A stretch of 64,000 nt of DNA from Camelus dromedarius (lineage: Eukaryota), in assembly GCF_036321535.1 (NCBI RefSeq), contig NC_087437.1, positions 52,516,001 through 52,580,000 on the forward strand. The letters run 5' to 3'. The position numbers were made by a program, and so were the translations under genes. Below, in pieces: positions 11,949-24,007 of this stretch. Below the pieces are notes generated by a model. That model was not told the DNA's origin. It made no database searches and worked only from the letters and a program-made list of their open reading frames with translations. Each line of letters starts with the position of its first letter. Position 1 is the first letter of the stretch.

Positions 11949-12495
11949 TGTTACCAAATTGGTCGTATGGTCCCCGACTTGGGCCCTAGCCAGGTGGTTC
12001 TTAGCGGGGATGGTTCTTTTTCTGTTCAGACTTGCGTCGCCAGTAATGAAACCGATGCGAGGACTGAAACAGCAAAGCTTTATTCAAGGGCTAGAGAACG
12101 GAGAAGCAGGAACTTATTTTGAAAACCAACTTCTCAACTCAGCTGGGCCTAAGACACTACCTATATAGGAGGGTCGAAGTAAAAGCAGGGAATTGAGTAA
12201 AGAGAGGAAGGAATATTCATGACTTATCCAAGCACAAGGGTGTTTGCTGGGAACTGAGATAACACTCCTTTTCAGACCTTTTATGGGCTCTTCCGGCTGT
12301 TGCCATGGCAACTGTCAACTGTCGGAGCACTGGTGGGGGTGTTATTTAGCATGCAAATGTATTACTATGAATGTATAATGAGGCTGAAGGTCTACTGGAG
12401 GTCAGGTTTTCCACCATCCTGGGCCTAGCTGGTTCTAACTGGTTCTAGTGGGCTATTTTTCTCTTCTGGTGGTTTCCTGTAAGACTAGGGTAACA
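11949..12495 (-). mobile_element. ERV1-class LTR, MER41-like
   Basis: 7-bp terminal inverted repeat TGTTACC/GGTAACA; TATATA 12162-12167 and minus-strand AATAAA 12079-12084. The internal block ATTCATGA...GGAACTGAG...TTCAGACC...GTTGCCATGGCA..AACTGTC..CTGGTGGG..GT..TTTAGCATGC.AATG resembles the remembered MER41 consensus. Confidence 0.75.
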
Positions 12496-14349
12496 CTTCT
12501 TCGCAGTTCATGTTCCCTCAAGGAAGGGGGAGGGTTAGAGATCGAGGCCAACAACCATTGAGGAGGGGAAGGGACAGATCTGTGGAAAATGTAGGTTGCA
12601 GAACTGGCAAGTTAAATGGCTTATTAGATATGAAAAAGGAAAGAGAACAGAAACTTTAAGCACTTAGTTATGCTGGGCATGGAAGTAGGGACTTCACATA
12701 CACAAATACATTTAGTGCACCCACAGACCTGAGAAGCAGGTTTGATGAACCCTATTTTACAGATTAGGAAATAGGCTTCGGTAGGGCCTGGTGCTATCAT
12801 CTCTACACATGAGGCCAGCTGAGCCATTCTCAGTCACTGTGAGCAAATTTTCTAATAAAATCTAGGACAAGAAAGCTGTACTTGCTTTTGGCACAATAAG
12901 GCCAAAGTTATTATTAGACAGATTGAATAAGATCAAAGTCGCGTTATCAAGAGGACATGTTTTTCTTGAGTACCAGAGGGGTTTATCTCCAGAAGGAAAT
13001 TGATCTTCAGGGTGGAGAATTATGTTCGATTTTAGGCACATTAGGCCCAAACCAGCAACATCTCAGAGGGCTCCTCCCCTCTTCCTTCAAATGGCCCCGA
13101 TCTCCCTTCTGACAGGGGTCAGCAAAAGCAAAGTTCAGAGGAAATCTTTTAACACTCCAAGAATGCTGGCCAAGGGGAAAATTTGCAAGACTGAAGAATG
13201 GATTAGAGGGCTGGGTCTTCATTGTTCTGAGCAGGGTAGGTGGGTTAGGAGGAAGATGGGGGTGGGGCCCTGGAGAGGCTTGAAGGAGAGGATCTCTGCA
13301 CAAGGAGGAGGAGGGTCTTTTTGGAAAACTGGGGCAACCGGTTAGGATATCCTGCAAAAACTTAAGCAAGGAATTTGTGCTCCTCCGGCGGTACAACAAT
13401 GCAAATTATCCAAACCAAGGGCAGAAATCTCAATATCCTTGTTATTCCATATGATTTTGGGATTCTCCTCTGGGCCTCTGGTGAAGAGATCCTGGGAATG
13501 GCTGCAGCAGTAGTGGATTTGGGGTTAAGGATAATCCCACTCCTTGGCCAGTGGAGGGGCAGTGGTTCATGCCTCTACTGTGGACGACAAGACATCGAAG
13601 GCAACAACTGGCAAACAAGACCTAGGCGGAAGCGACCGTAAGGCTGAATCCCCTTCCTTTCTCCCTTTCAGAGGGTGACTAGAGACACTAAGAAGACACA
13701 AAGTGGGTGTGTATGTGTGTGGAGGGGCTGGCATCATTACTGATAAGGTCCAGAGATTTGGACAGAGGTCTGTAATTCCAATTTTTATGGGAGGTGACCA
13801 GCATTTCAGTATTGGGTGTGTGTGGGTGCTGTTAATGAGATAGGAAAAGAAATAAAATTGCATTGTGGTGTTGTAGTAGGCTGCTCTATGACTTGATGCC
13901 AATGTTTCTTATATCTTGGTGGCCAGAACCTGGGAGAAGCTGCTATTCTCAAGCAGCTTGCAGTTTTCTGATTTATGTTTTGAATGAGGACCACTCTTGT
14001 TTTGGAGAGCTCTTTCCTAATACTTGAGTGGTCTTATTGGTGTGGCAAAAGCAAAGACTAACTTTTATAGTGGAATGGAGAGTTGGGACACAGCTGAACT
14101 ACCCTGCATAATAATGCCAATGGCAGTCTTCTTTTATGTTAATTTAGGAGTCAGCCTGAAGGGAGTTGGGATAAAGGAGAAAGAGAAATTATTTTCTGTT
14201 GGTGACTTGTAGAAACTGTTGAGAAGAGTGGAGAGATGACCTTGAGGGGCTGAGAATCCTTTTGGGAAGCAATGGGCTCTAGATGCTGTACTTGTAATAG
14301 CCATCTCTGAATCTCTTCAGCTTTATAATTCTATTATTCCCAAACTATC

Positions 14350-14860
14350 TGTAACAGCCCGATGTTAGCTGTATTTTAGGGAATTGAGGGAGGAGCCCTT
14401 GTCCACACTTAAGATTTGCTTCTACATCTAGGAATGCCATCCCCCCAGGTGTGTGGTGGTAGCCACAGGTGGGTGGTTGGTGATTCTGGGGCACTAATGG
14501 ATGGGTTGCAGCAGAATCCCCGAACAACGCTTATTGAGCCAAGGATGAGGCTGTACTGGGGATTGCATGTGTTGAAGTTCAAGCGAATCTGGAAGACTGA
14601 CCTTAACTGAATCATGGTAAGGATCCAATGCATTCAGGGGCGGATTCGTGGTGTATGAAAACCTTTGAGGATTCCCAAGAGTGCTGGGGGCGGTTGGGAG
14701 CAGGGGGTGAGGCTGGATTTTCTTTTAGTATGTAGGGTGGGGCTTCTTCTGTTATTGATAATTAACAGGAAGGGTGACCTCTAGATAAGAGGAGACTAAT
14801 TAGCGGCACTCCCTGCCAACTCTTGGGGAGAGTATTAGGTACTAGTAGGCCACAGGTAGC
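14350..14860 (-). pseudogene. Highly degraded ERV env remnant (SU end / TM ectodomain)
   Basis: Minus-strand motifs in the expected order: CGxxxxxxLPKSWQG (14810-14854), HTKR furin-like site (14721-14732) followed by a frameshifted IQ/PLL/LGI fusion-peptide-like stretch, and DSAA..LVPQN...GGMAFLDVE resembling the immunosuppressive domain. Multiple stops and frameshifts. Confidence 0.45.
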
Positions 14861-14993
14861 TCTTGATCCTTAAGTTTCAGTGAAGCCTTCCTTGAGTTCT
14901 CCCCTTTCTCTTCCCCTCCCCAGTGGACAGTTTTCCTTTCTCTGGCTCCTACTGCAGTTTGTACCCACCTTTATCACAGCAGCCAGTTATCTT

Positions 14994-15030
14994 TTTTAAA
15001 AAGTATAATTGAAGTATAGTTGACTTACGA
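14994..15030 (-). mobile_element. Ultra-short L1 3' end with 14-bp TSD
   Basis: ATTGAAGTATAGTTGACTTAC flanked by CAGCCA(G/A)TTATCTT at 14980-14993 and 15031-15044. Confidence 0.7.
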
Positions 15031-15089
15031 CAGCCAATTATCTTGTAATTTGTAATCATGTCTCTCCCAGTAGACTCTAGGTGAGGGAC

Positions 15090-15280
15090 TGGTGCTGATA
15101 CGCAGACCCAGGTTCAAATTCCAGCTGTGCCACTAGCTAGCTTTGTGACCTTAGGCAGTTACTTAATCAATCTATGCCTCGTTTTCCTTATGTATTAAAA
15201 ATGGGCAGCAGGCTTCACATCGCCTGTTGTTGCTGGGAGAAATGAAGGTGGCAGTGCATATAAAGCACCAGGCATAAGTT
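15090..15280 (+). mobile_element. MIR SINE
   Basis: CCCAGGTTCAAATTCCAGCTGTGCCACTAGCTAGCTTTGTGACCTTAGGCAGTTACTTAA core. Confidence 0.8.
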
Positions 15281-15379
15281 ATGAGCAAATTATGGGCGCC
15301 TAGCAGGGAAAACATCTGTTAATTAACCTGACTTATCTTTATTTTGTGCACTCAAACATCTACTGATCCCTGCTGTATT

Positions 15380-16110
15380 TCAGGCCCCGGGAGCGCTCCC
15401 TCCCGGTTGGAGAAGCCTCACGTGCGGCCTGTGGGCCTTGTCCCGCGGGCCGCCTCAGGAATGGCTCCGCCAGAGAGAAAACCCCGCCCACAGCCCTAGC
15501 GATCTCCTCAGCGATTGGACCCGGACCGTCCCGCAGGCTTTCTGGTTGCTAGGCTCGGGAGGTGGGGACCTAGGTTGCGCGTGCGCGGATTGAGGGTGAA
15601 GATGCTTTCCGGTCGGGAGGGAGGAGGTGACGTCAGGAGCAGTGGCCAGCCGGGGCCTCCTGTAGCCCTGGGGACGTTGTTTCTGTGGGCCCTAGGACCG
15701 CGTCACAAGTCGGCGACTGAACCTTGGCGGTGGTAGCCGAGGCGGCGAAGGCGGCAGCGGCGGCGACAGCTCTGGGGTTTGCGTCTCGGGGTGTGTCGGC
15801 CGCCGCTGCTGCTTGGGCCTGGTATGTACAAATGGCTGGTTAGGATTCTCGGCACCATTTTCCGTTTCTGTGACCGACCGGTGCCCCCTGCCCGGGCCCT
15901 CCTGAAGAGGCGGCGCTCGAACAGGTGAGAGGAGGAGAGGGGCCGAGCGCCGGCCTGGCTGTTCCCCTCCCCCACCCCGGGCTGGGCTGGCATAGCGCTG
16001 ATCAAGCCAGGCAGGCCCCGCTCAGCAGAAACAGGTAGCTGGGCGGAGGCCGTAGAGGTGCGGGTCGCGGGTATCCTGGTGACGTCGCTCCTCCACTCTG
16101 TGCGGATGCG
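15380..16110 (+). promoter_or_regulatory. SENP2: SENP2 CpG-island promoter and exon 1
   Basis: Sharp rise in GC and CpG content around the start codon. Motifs: GC box CCCCGCCC 15482-15489, inverted CCAAT 15514-15518, NRF1-like TGCGCGTGCGC 15576-15586, ETS TTCCGG ~15607, full CRE TGACGTCA 15628-15635. No TATA box seen. Confidence 0.9.
15824..15924 (+). CDS. SENP2: SENP2 exon 1 (amphipathic N-terminal helix, first half of NLS)
   Basis: MYKWLVRILGTIFRFCDRPVPPARALLKRRRSN; donor AG|GTGAGA. Confidence 0.97.
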
Positions 16111-16418
16111 GCTGCTGATGATGGAAAGAGCTAGTGGTCGGTATGGTTAGGATCTTTCTTGTCAGAGTCCAAGCTGGTTGCTGTCAGTAAATGGGGCTTT
16201 ATCTTATTTTGCTGCTCTTAGGTTGAAAACTGAAAATGGAAGGAATACTGTCTTTGTTGTGGCTCACTGTTTACAAAGCAAACTCCCAAGTGTCATCTAT
16301 AGGCAGTAGGTGCAGTTATGGGACGTGAGATTCATAGCTTGCCCAAAGCCGTTTTGACCACAAGTGCTGTTCTGTTAACACTAAGAGACAGCAGCTGTCT
16401 TGTTCTGAAACAGATGTC

Positions 16419-16422
<4 letters not shown>

Positions 16423-16467
<45 letters not shown>
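16423..16467. repeat. (TG)n microsatellite in SENP2 intron 1
   Basis: About 22 perfect TG units. Confidence 0.97.
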
Positions 16468-16468
<1 letters not shown>

Positions 16469-17044
16469 GCCTGAGGGAGAGTGATTCTGTCTTTTAGAAT
16501 TACTGTATGAGAAAAAATTGGTACCTTATTCCTTTAAAAAGATCACTAATCTGTACTCTAAAATTCAGTTAAAAGTTGGGGGGAAACTAAAAGTTATTCT
16601 TAGCATTTACCCCTTGGTTTGTCCCATTTCATAGTGCCTTCTTGCCTAAGAATTAATATAGAGAATAAAATAACATACCAATTCTATACATAACCCCTCA
16701 ACTTTTAGTGATCAAGTATTATACTTTTATTAAGCTCTAAGATCATTGAAGGGTGGTTTCTTGGAGCTTGAGAGAACAAGATGATTACTACATGAGTGAG
16801 AATGCAGGTCATTGATGAAATTGGTGATAGGCTAAATTCCATCATGTGTTCCAGAGAGGGCAACATTTCAACAAACTCTTTCTACCTTTCTGTAGTGTTG
16901 GCATAGGATCGTTTGAGAACAAGATATAAAGTGTCTAAAATGATGTTTAACATATATAAAGGTGGTGTTTGTTTATTCTGGCCCAGTGGCCTTGTACAAA
17001 GGCTGGTGCATGATAGGTACTTGGTGCACATTTATTGAATAATT

Positions 17045-17168
17045 GGGGGGAGGGTAGAGCTCAAGTGGTAGAACACTTGCTTAGCATGCATGAGGTCCTG
17101 GGTTCAATCCCCAGTACCTCCTCTGAAAGTAAATAAACCTAGTTACCTCCCCCCACCAAAATAAAATA
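17045..17168 (+). mobile_element. tRNA-derived SINE (Vic-1-like) with TSD
   Basis: A/B boxes; TSD ATTGAATAAT at 17034-17043 and 17169-17178. Confidence 0.9.
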
Positions 17169-18087
17169 ATTGAATAATACTATAATAAATTAAACATAAG
17201 GTTATTGAATATGGAATATTAATTCCCTCTCCCCTGTCCTTTACTTTTACCGCGAATCTCTGCTAAGTCAGGGAAACAGTGGTTTGAAGATCAAAACCCT
17301 GTTGCTTACCACACATCCTTAATTTAAAACAGCTCTTCTCATTGTAAGGTATTTTTCAGTTGAAATGAAGCCAGAAAATCTTGTTGGAATGTTTAAAGTT
17401 ATGAACTGAATGGTATTCTCCAGGGATGTATTCTGTTCATTTTTTTTGTAAACATAATCATTCATAATCATCTATAGAAAGGTGATTAATAGTATGCCAT
17501 GAGCCTTTAACATTCTTGAAGTATAAGTCCAAAAACTTTCCTGAATTACCAGATTCTTTGTTACCACTGTAATATAGTTTCCATGATAAAAATGTAGTTA
17601 AAATATAATACCTTTTCTGGCTAAGAATTAACTTTTAAGGCTCTGTATTGTCTACCTCTGTCTGAGGTAGGAAATGACTTTCTTTGGGTAGGGTGTCATC
17701 TTTCAAAAGGAAACTTTTTTTTTGTTTTTAAATCATTTCTGGAGAGAAAAGGAAATAACTAGTCCTACGATTTTCCTTATGTTCATTTACTAGTTAAGTG
17801 ATTTCTGGCCAGTTTCATGTTTGTACTTGAGCCAGACTACAGATTATTTATTATATAATAGGGAGTTTTGGGTCTCTCTCATAGAGTGGAAACCATAGTG
17901 CGACATCTTCAGATGCTAAAGGCCTACTGTAGAATAGTGTTCTCTTTTAAAACATCAGTTGGATCTCATTTTATGATAAGGTTAATGGAGGAGGGTGTTG
18001 TATGAATAGTAAGTTTACTTATGGAAATGGATTTGTGTGTATATGAATATACAGGCACATATATTTCTCTCTTTTCTCTTTTTTTAG

Positions 18088-18143
18088 CACTCTGTTTTCT
18101 ACAGTGGACACTGATGAAATACCAGCCAAAAGACCAAGATTAG
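18088..18143 (+). CDS. SENP2: SENP2 exon 2
   Basis: Polypyrimidine tract + TTTAG acceptor; STLFSTVDTDEIPAKRPRL; donor GTATGA. Confidence 0.96.
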
Positions 18144-19423
18144 GTATGAAATACTAATTTTAAAAATTAGGTTTTTAAATCAGAAAAACATATGTGTGGA
18201 CAAAATTCCAAAGGTAAAAAGTAAGTGAGAAAGTGAAAAGTAAGTCTCTCACCTGTTGCTCTTCTACTCAGTTATCTCCTCTAGAGTTAACCAGTGTTAC
18301 CAGTTTCTTTCCAGATAAACAAGCGTGTATGTTGAAAGTGCAGTTCAAAATTCTTAATCTTCCTGTAAAGAAAAAGTGCTTTTTAAATTTGGGGAGAAAA
18401 CATAAAAACTACTTCATACTGAGTCATCTAGTTCAGATGTCTGAGTGAACCAATCTAATGTGTTGCCTTGAATTGTTTACTTCCCTGTATCTGAAGGGCT
18501 ATACATCGCTTGGTAGAAGAGAATAAAACTAGACTAAAGGCACAATGGTATACTATAATAATATTTTACTCTTTCTCAAAAATGCATGCAAATTTGAATC
18601 TACCTCCAGATTGTGGTAGAGAGTGGACGTGTCTGTGTTAAGATTTCATTTAAATCCAATGAGTGTTTATTGAGCCTGTCTTACTGTTAAGCAATGTGTT
18701 AGGTTCTATGGGAAACAAAAGTGAGGACCACAGGATCTGTTTTTAAGAACCTTGCAATTGTAGGGGTATGTGATTACATAGTGGGGGGTTTAAGATAAGT
18801 ACATAAATAATGTCAGTGTCTGAGGAAATGATAAATGAAATAAGAAAGGGAGTAACAAAATTCTGTCCGATTTTCAGCTTATTTAGAGTCTCAGTAAATA
18901 TTTGGTGAAGGAGCTAGTATGTGAGAAAGGTCCTGAAGGATGGATAAGGTTTCAACAGAGAACATTAGGAAGGAAAAGCATTCTAGGCAGAGGGAACCGC
19001 ATGGAAAAGCTGTGCAATTAAGGAAATAATGCAGAGAATTTAGGGGAAAAGTTGACAAGACAGAGTTCAAATTATAGAGGACTCTGAATGCCAGGAATTT
19101 ATACTAAATTCATTAGGACAGTATTTCCCAAAGCACAGGGTAGATACCAATTCAAGAAATGATTTTAGGAGATAAAACACATAGGATTAAGTAACATCTG
19201 AATTATATTATAAACTAAAAAAGTTGTATCCTCTTGAGTTATTTTTAATTTCTGATTATTTTAAGCAGAAAAATGTCGATTTAATGTGAATGTTTATTTA
19301 ATACTTGTCAAATACAGGCTAATCTTCCCTTTTTTAACAGGCCCAGCTAGAACTTAATATTGTTGTGTTTTCATTTCTTTGTAAGGCAAATGATGTTGCT
19401 TTATGTTAATAGTAGCAATATTA

Positions 19424-19551
19424 GGGGGAAGTGTATAGCTGAGTGGTAGAGTGCATGCCCAGCATGCACCAGGTCCTGGGTTCAATTCCCAGTACCTCCA
19501 TTAAATAAATAAAATATAAACCTAATTACCCCCCTTCAAAAAAAAAAAAAA
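19424..19551 (+). mobile_element. tRNA-derived SINE (Vic-1-like) with TSD
   Basis: A/B boxes, poly(A) tail; TSD TAGCAATAT at 19413-19421 and 19555-19563. Confidence 0.9.
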
Positions 19552-21512
19552 CAATAGCAATATAAATATTTGTTTAGCAGAAAAAATGAGTTAATTTTAT
19601 AGAAAGATATAAATAAAAAACTGTGTGTGATTAAAAAAAAACAAACTTTGATAGTGGTATTGGAGAAATTTCCTGAAATAATTCTGGTAATCATCTGTTT
19701 TATCGGCTTCTTATGTTAAGGATCTCTCCCGCCATGATTTCCATGAAATATGTATTAAGATTTTCTGAATGGAAACAAGAAGGGAACCTAAGCCAAGGGG
19801 GAAGCAGTGGTTAGCAGAGCTAATACTTATGGTCAGAGTTCATGAAAGTCTTTTGCAGTGCTGGCCAGTAGAACTCTGCGTTAATGGCTACTGAACACCT
19901 GAAGTGGGACTATGCAACCGAGGGACTGAATTTAATTTTAATTAAATTTAATTAGATAATTACAGATAGATACTGGCTACTATATGAGACAGTACGAGTC
20001 TGTTGGTCGATTTTGAGGGAAAAAAAAGAAAGGGTGAAAAGAAGGAGGAGCTTAGAATTGCAAATTTAGGACTTTACAGATAAAAGGGAGTTTAAGAGAT
20101 CTACTTAGACTAGTCTCAGGAAAATAAGGTAGTCTTATCCTCATTTTACAGATAAAGTGGGCCTTCCTGCCTCCCCCTTCCCCCTTTTTAAGTCAGTGAG
20201 ATCTTTTGACATAATCTTAGGGCATACTCACAGATTTTGACAAAATTTATAGGAAAATAAATATGACGATACTTCTTGTACCCACTATGTATGTTATTAA
20301 GAGTACCTCCTGCCTCTTGGGGTTTGGATGACAGTCTGGATCAAGCACCAATCTGTAAAGTTCTTTTTCTCCCACTTACAGCATAGTAGAATGTAAGTGA
20401 TATTCTTAAGCATTATTAGAGGGGTAACCTGGACTTCTTTCTAATTCCTAAAATAAGAAATAAGTCATTTGCAAATTTTGCTACTTTTAACTATTGACTA
20501 GTGACAAATTACTTCAAACTGGATTCTGCTTTACGCAACTATCACATCTTCCCTGTAGTTTAAGTTATTCCCCTGTCTTTCTGGAAAGCACTTTATATCT
20601 TACATGTTCTGGAGTGCTTGTTGCTTAAAAGCCACCATTTCACTTTCAGGCTGTTTTTCTGTAAAGCAGAATGTGGCTAAGATGATGGTCCCTTTTCTCA
20701 AACTAGTGCTTTAAAATACTCTTGATTAGGAAATAAAAGGAAATCTTTGAAAACAAATCAGCAGTGTAGGAAGTGAGAAAGAGGTAGTATAATAAAAGGA
20801 GGAAGTGGGGAAAGCACTGAAATCTACCCCTCCCCCTTATTTATTTACTTAGTTATTTTGCAATCTTTATTTTTGGTGTCAGGGAGGGGTGAGTCTCATA
20901 TCTTCCAAGACATCTTCAGTAAAAAGATAGCTTTGTTTCTTCATAGATGTTTAAGAGCTCCACATCTTATACTTGACTAATTTCCACCCTGGATGTAGCT
21001 AAGATGTAATAGGCTCTTAGTAAGCAGTTGTTTAGGACAGCCATATTGTTACCTGCCTGGGAAGTAAGGACAAACCAGAGAGTAAATGGTAGTGCTTCCT
21101 GTAGTTTCTGCCATACCTAGTGACTGTATGCTCCAGCTTGTCTAAGTTATGTCCTTATTTCTCTGGTAAAGATTTAATTTCTGTATTCTGGAAAACTCAT
21201 TGCTCAAGCAGTCATTTCAGGCCTTTTTTTGTGTGTGTGTGAATCAGAATGTGATTTGCTAAAGTGATGGTTTCATGCTTTTGTAGCCTCCCAAATATTT
21301 TACTAAAACAAAACAAAATAAACTAAAAATCACAGTGTTGGAATTGCACTTATTCAGGGAGGAGAAAAATTATTTGTACTAGTACCTTTTTGTCTCAATA
21401 TGACTGCTAAAAAAAATTGAGAGAGGCCTTTTCTAAGATAGTAATATTATTTTGCTAAAAGCTTAATTATTCCATATTTATATGTATATGTAATCTATAT
21501 TATACTTTCTAG

Positions 21513-21646
21513 ATTGCTTTATTCACCAAGTGAAAAACAGTCTCTACAATGCTGCCAGCTTATTTGGATTCCCATTCCAGCTGACCACAAAGCCCATGGT
21601 AACTTCTGCTTGTAATGGAACACGGAATGTGGCCCCTTCAGGAGAG
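21513..21646 (+). CDS. SENP2: SENP2 exon 3
   Basis: DCFIHQVKNSLYNAASLFGFPFQLTTKPMVTSACNGTRNVAPSGE; flanked by AG and GT. Confidence 0.96.
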
Positions 21647-21865
21647 GTCAGTGGGGATAGGGGGGCTTCACTGGGGCTACTGGTCTTTGTACTTAATCAT
21701 TATAGTTAAATTTTAGAAATATTCTCTTTTTAGGAATTAATGTGTAGAATGACTTCTTTCCAGAAATGTTCATGTCTTTATTAGCCTTGATATAAAGACC
21801 AAAAATGGAAAAGTTAAGACATTACACACTTAAAAAAATATTTATGAAGAGCCTAATTACTAATA

Positions 21866-22090
21866 CAGTTGACCTTTGAACAACACTTGGGTTTTAGGCA
21901 CCAACCCTCCACGCAGTTGAAAATTCATATAGTTGGCCTTCTGGATCCACAGTTCTACCACCCAGGCTTCCATATCCATGGATTCAAACCAACTGGTAAT
22001 CATGTAGTACTGAAGCATTTGCTATTGAAAAAAAATACACATTAAAGTGGATTCCTGCAGTTCAGACCCCTTTTGTTCAAGAGTCAACTG
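21866..22090. mobile_element. Tigger2-family MITE
   Basis: TIRs CAGTTGACCTTTGAACAA...TTGTTCAAGAGTCAACTG with TA duplications on both sides. Confidence 0.85.
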
Positions 22091-22303
22091 TACATTTGCT
22101 TTTCTTACTTAAGTATGTGTGAGGAACATATTTTGAAATTGTTAATATTTTATATCATTTTTTGAGTCTTCACAAATCATCTTATTGATGAAGTTTCTTC
22201 TGTCAGGTGACTAAATCATCAGAGTGATTTTTTTTTTCATATTAAAACTTACTTAAATTCTAAAATTTAGGTATTACAGAGGTGATTCTTTTTTTATTTT
22301 AAG

Positions 22304-22370
22304 GTATTATCGAACTCTTCATCTTGTGAACTGACAAGTTCCGGATCCTGGAACAACATGCTGAAACTGG
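22304..22370 (+). CDS. SENP2: SENP2 exon 4
   Basis: VLSNSSSCELTSSGSWNNMLKL; AAG acceptor, GTGAGG donor. Confidence 0.95.
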
Positions 22371-23916
22371 GTGAGGTGGTCAAAAATATTTCTGCTTCCC
22401 CAACCTCCTTTTGCCTCTTTTCTCTGAGTTTTCGGAATATTAAGGGAAAACACTGATTTGGCTTCAGATAAAAACACATACTTGTTCTCTCTCCCATTCT
22501 GAAAGCAAATAGCTCTCTTTTAGAATTGCCTTCAATTTACTGTTATGCTTCCTATTTGTTTTATCAGTGTCTTTAATGTGACTTAGATCAAGCTTTATTC
22601 ATTAAAAAGAAAAAAAACCCAAAACATTATCTGAGAGCTTACTCTATGCCAGGCACTATGCTGAATTACCAGGAGTAACAATAAAGCCTTTAATAACAAC
22701 AACAAAAGTAACAATATTAAATCTTTAATAACAAAATAACAAAACAAATAACAATAAGATAACAAAATGGTAAAACCCTGCCTTTGAAGGACATCATCTG
22801 AATTGGGAGTAACCTTAGGTTCCCATTTTGCATGGTTTTGTGAATTAGGAACCTCCGTATCATCCTTGGACCACAGAGTTGAATTGTAATTGTTGTGTAT
22901 ACTGTACAAAATACTCTGGTGGGGAAAAAAATAGGAAGAAGCCAGAGTCCTGAAAATGATTATGATCTCTGCCACACACACACAGGTAGGCTTGTAAAGT
23001 TTGAGAGGAAGGGGGAAAAAGAGCTTTTAGAGAAGTTGTGGGTTTGGAAAAATGACACATAGAGGTGATGGTAGATTTATCTTCTTCCTGAAGTACCAGA
23101 AGTACCAGCGCTATATTTCTGTGAGTATGTGTAGCCTAATCAGAGAAGCTCAGATATTCCTAGTGCAGATTTCTTCTATAAAGACGTCCACAGTCTCTAA
23201 TCTGACACCCTTGGAGATGTGTTCAGGAATTTTGAATTTTTCATTGTTTATTGAATATGATTTTTTATAAAACCCAACAGGATTGAACATTGATTCAAGT
23301 CAGGTTTTATAAACAAATGAATTCAGATCAGTTTAGGTTTTTCTGCTGCTGGCTTAAGAAAAAATTTTGATTTTTGGATCTCTTTGCATTTTAGAGTCCT
23401 CAGGGACTCCAAACCCCTGTAGTAGCTCCAGCAGAAAATGTGGCTGATAAAAATTATGTTAACGCTTTTTGAAGTGTAGTAACCATCCCACAAGTATTGG
23501 AAGCTTCCAGTGAAATGTAGTAACGTACGGCAGATTTTCATTTAAAAATACTTCTGTTTTCTTGGGAAGAAGAAACAATTTGAAAAATTTACTCAATTTA
23601 ATTAGATTACAAAGAGTTTATAATCATTGAGTTCTTCATGCGTCTTGTTCTCAGCAAGCAAAACTAGTAAAGCTTTCCTATGGATTGTTACTACCTACCT
23701 GAGGTCAAAGACAGACTAAGCACTGTTGCTTTTCCTTTAACTTAACAAAGTTTGTGCTGGATAGTAATAGAATTTGAACAAAATGAGAATGCTTAGTCCT
23801 ACAGTGTAAAAGTGCTCACAGATTTTCTTTTCTAATGCAGACTGTTGACAGGTTTTTTTGTGGTTTTTTGTTTTTGTTGCTGTTCTTTTACACTTAAAAC
23901 TGCATTTTAAAAATAG

Positions 23917-24007
23917 GTAATAAATCTCCTAATGGAATAAGTGACTATCCAAAGATCAGAGTGACAGTAACTCGAGACCAGCCTCGCAGAGTCCTGCCTT
24001 CCTTTGG
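23917..24007 (+). CDS. SENP2: SENP2 exon 5
   Basis: GNKSPNGISDYPKIRVTVTRDQPRRVLPSF; donor GTAAGT. Confidence 0.95.

Noticed and set aside
13520..13640. Possible gag zinc-knuckle remnant (CLYCGR on plus; HWxKE-like on minus)
   Set aside because: Motif is incomplete, and its position and orientation are inconsistent with the env-like remnant; too weak to call.
11949..14860. One intact provirus (LTR + internal region)
   Set aside because: A MIR-like element, older than MER41-type LTRs, lies between them. No clear PPT, second LTR or long ORF was found.
17045..17120. tRNA gene (also at 384, 5415, 19424, 35553 etc.)
   Set aside because: A/B boxes are present, but each copy has a non-tRNA 3' body, an A-rich tail, usually TSDs, and scattered divergence. 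These are SINEs, not tRNA genes.
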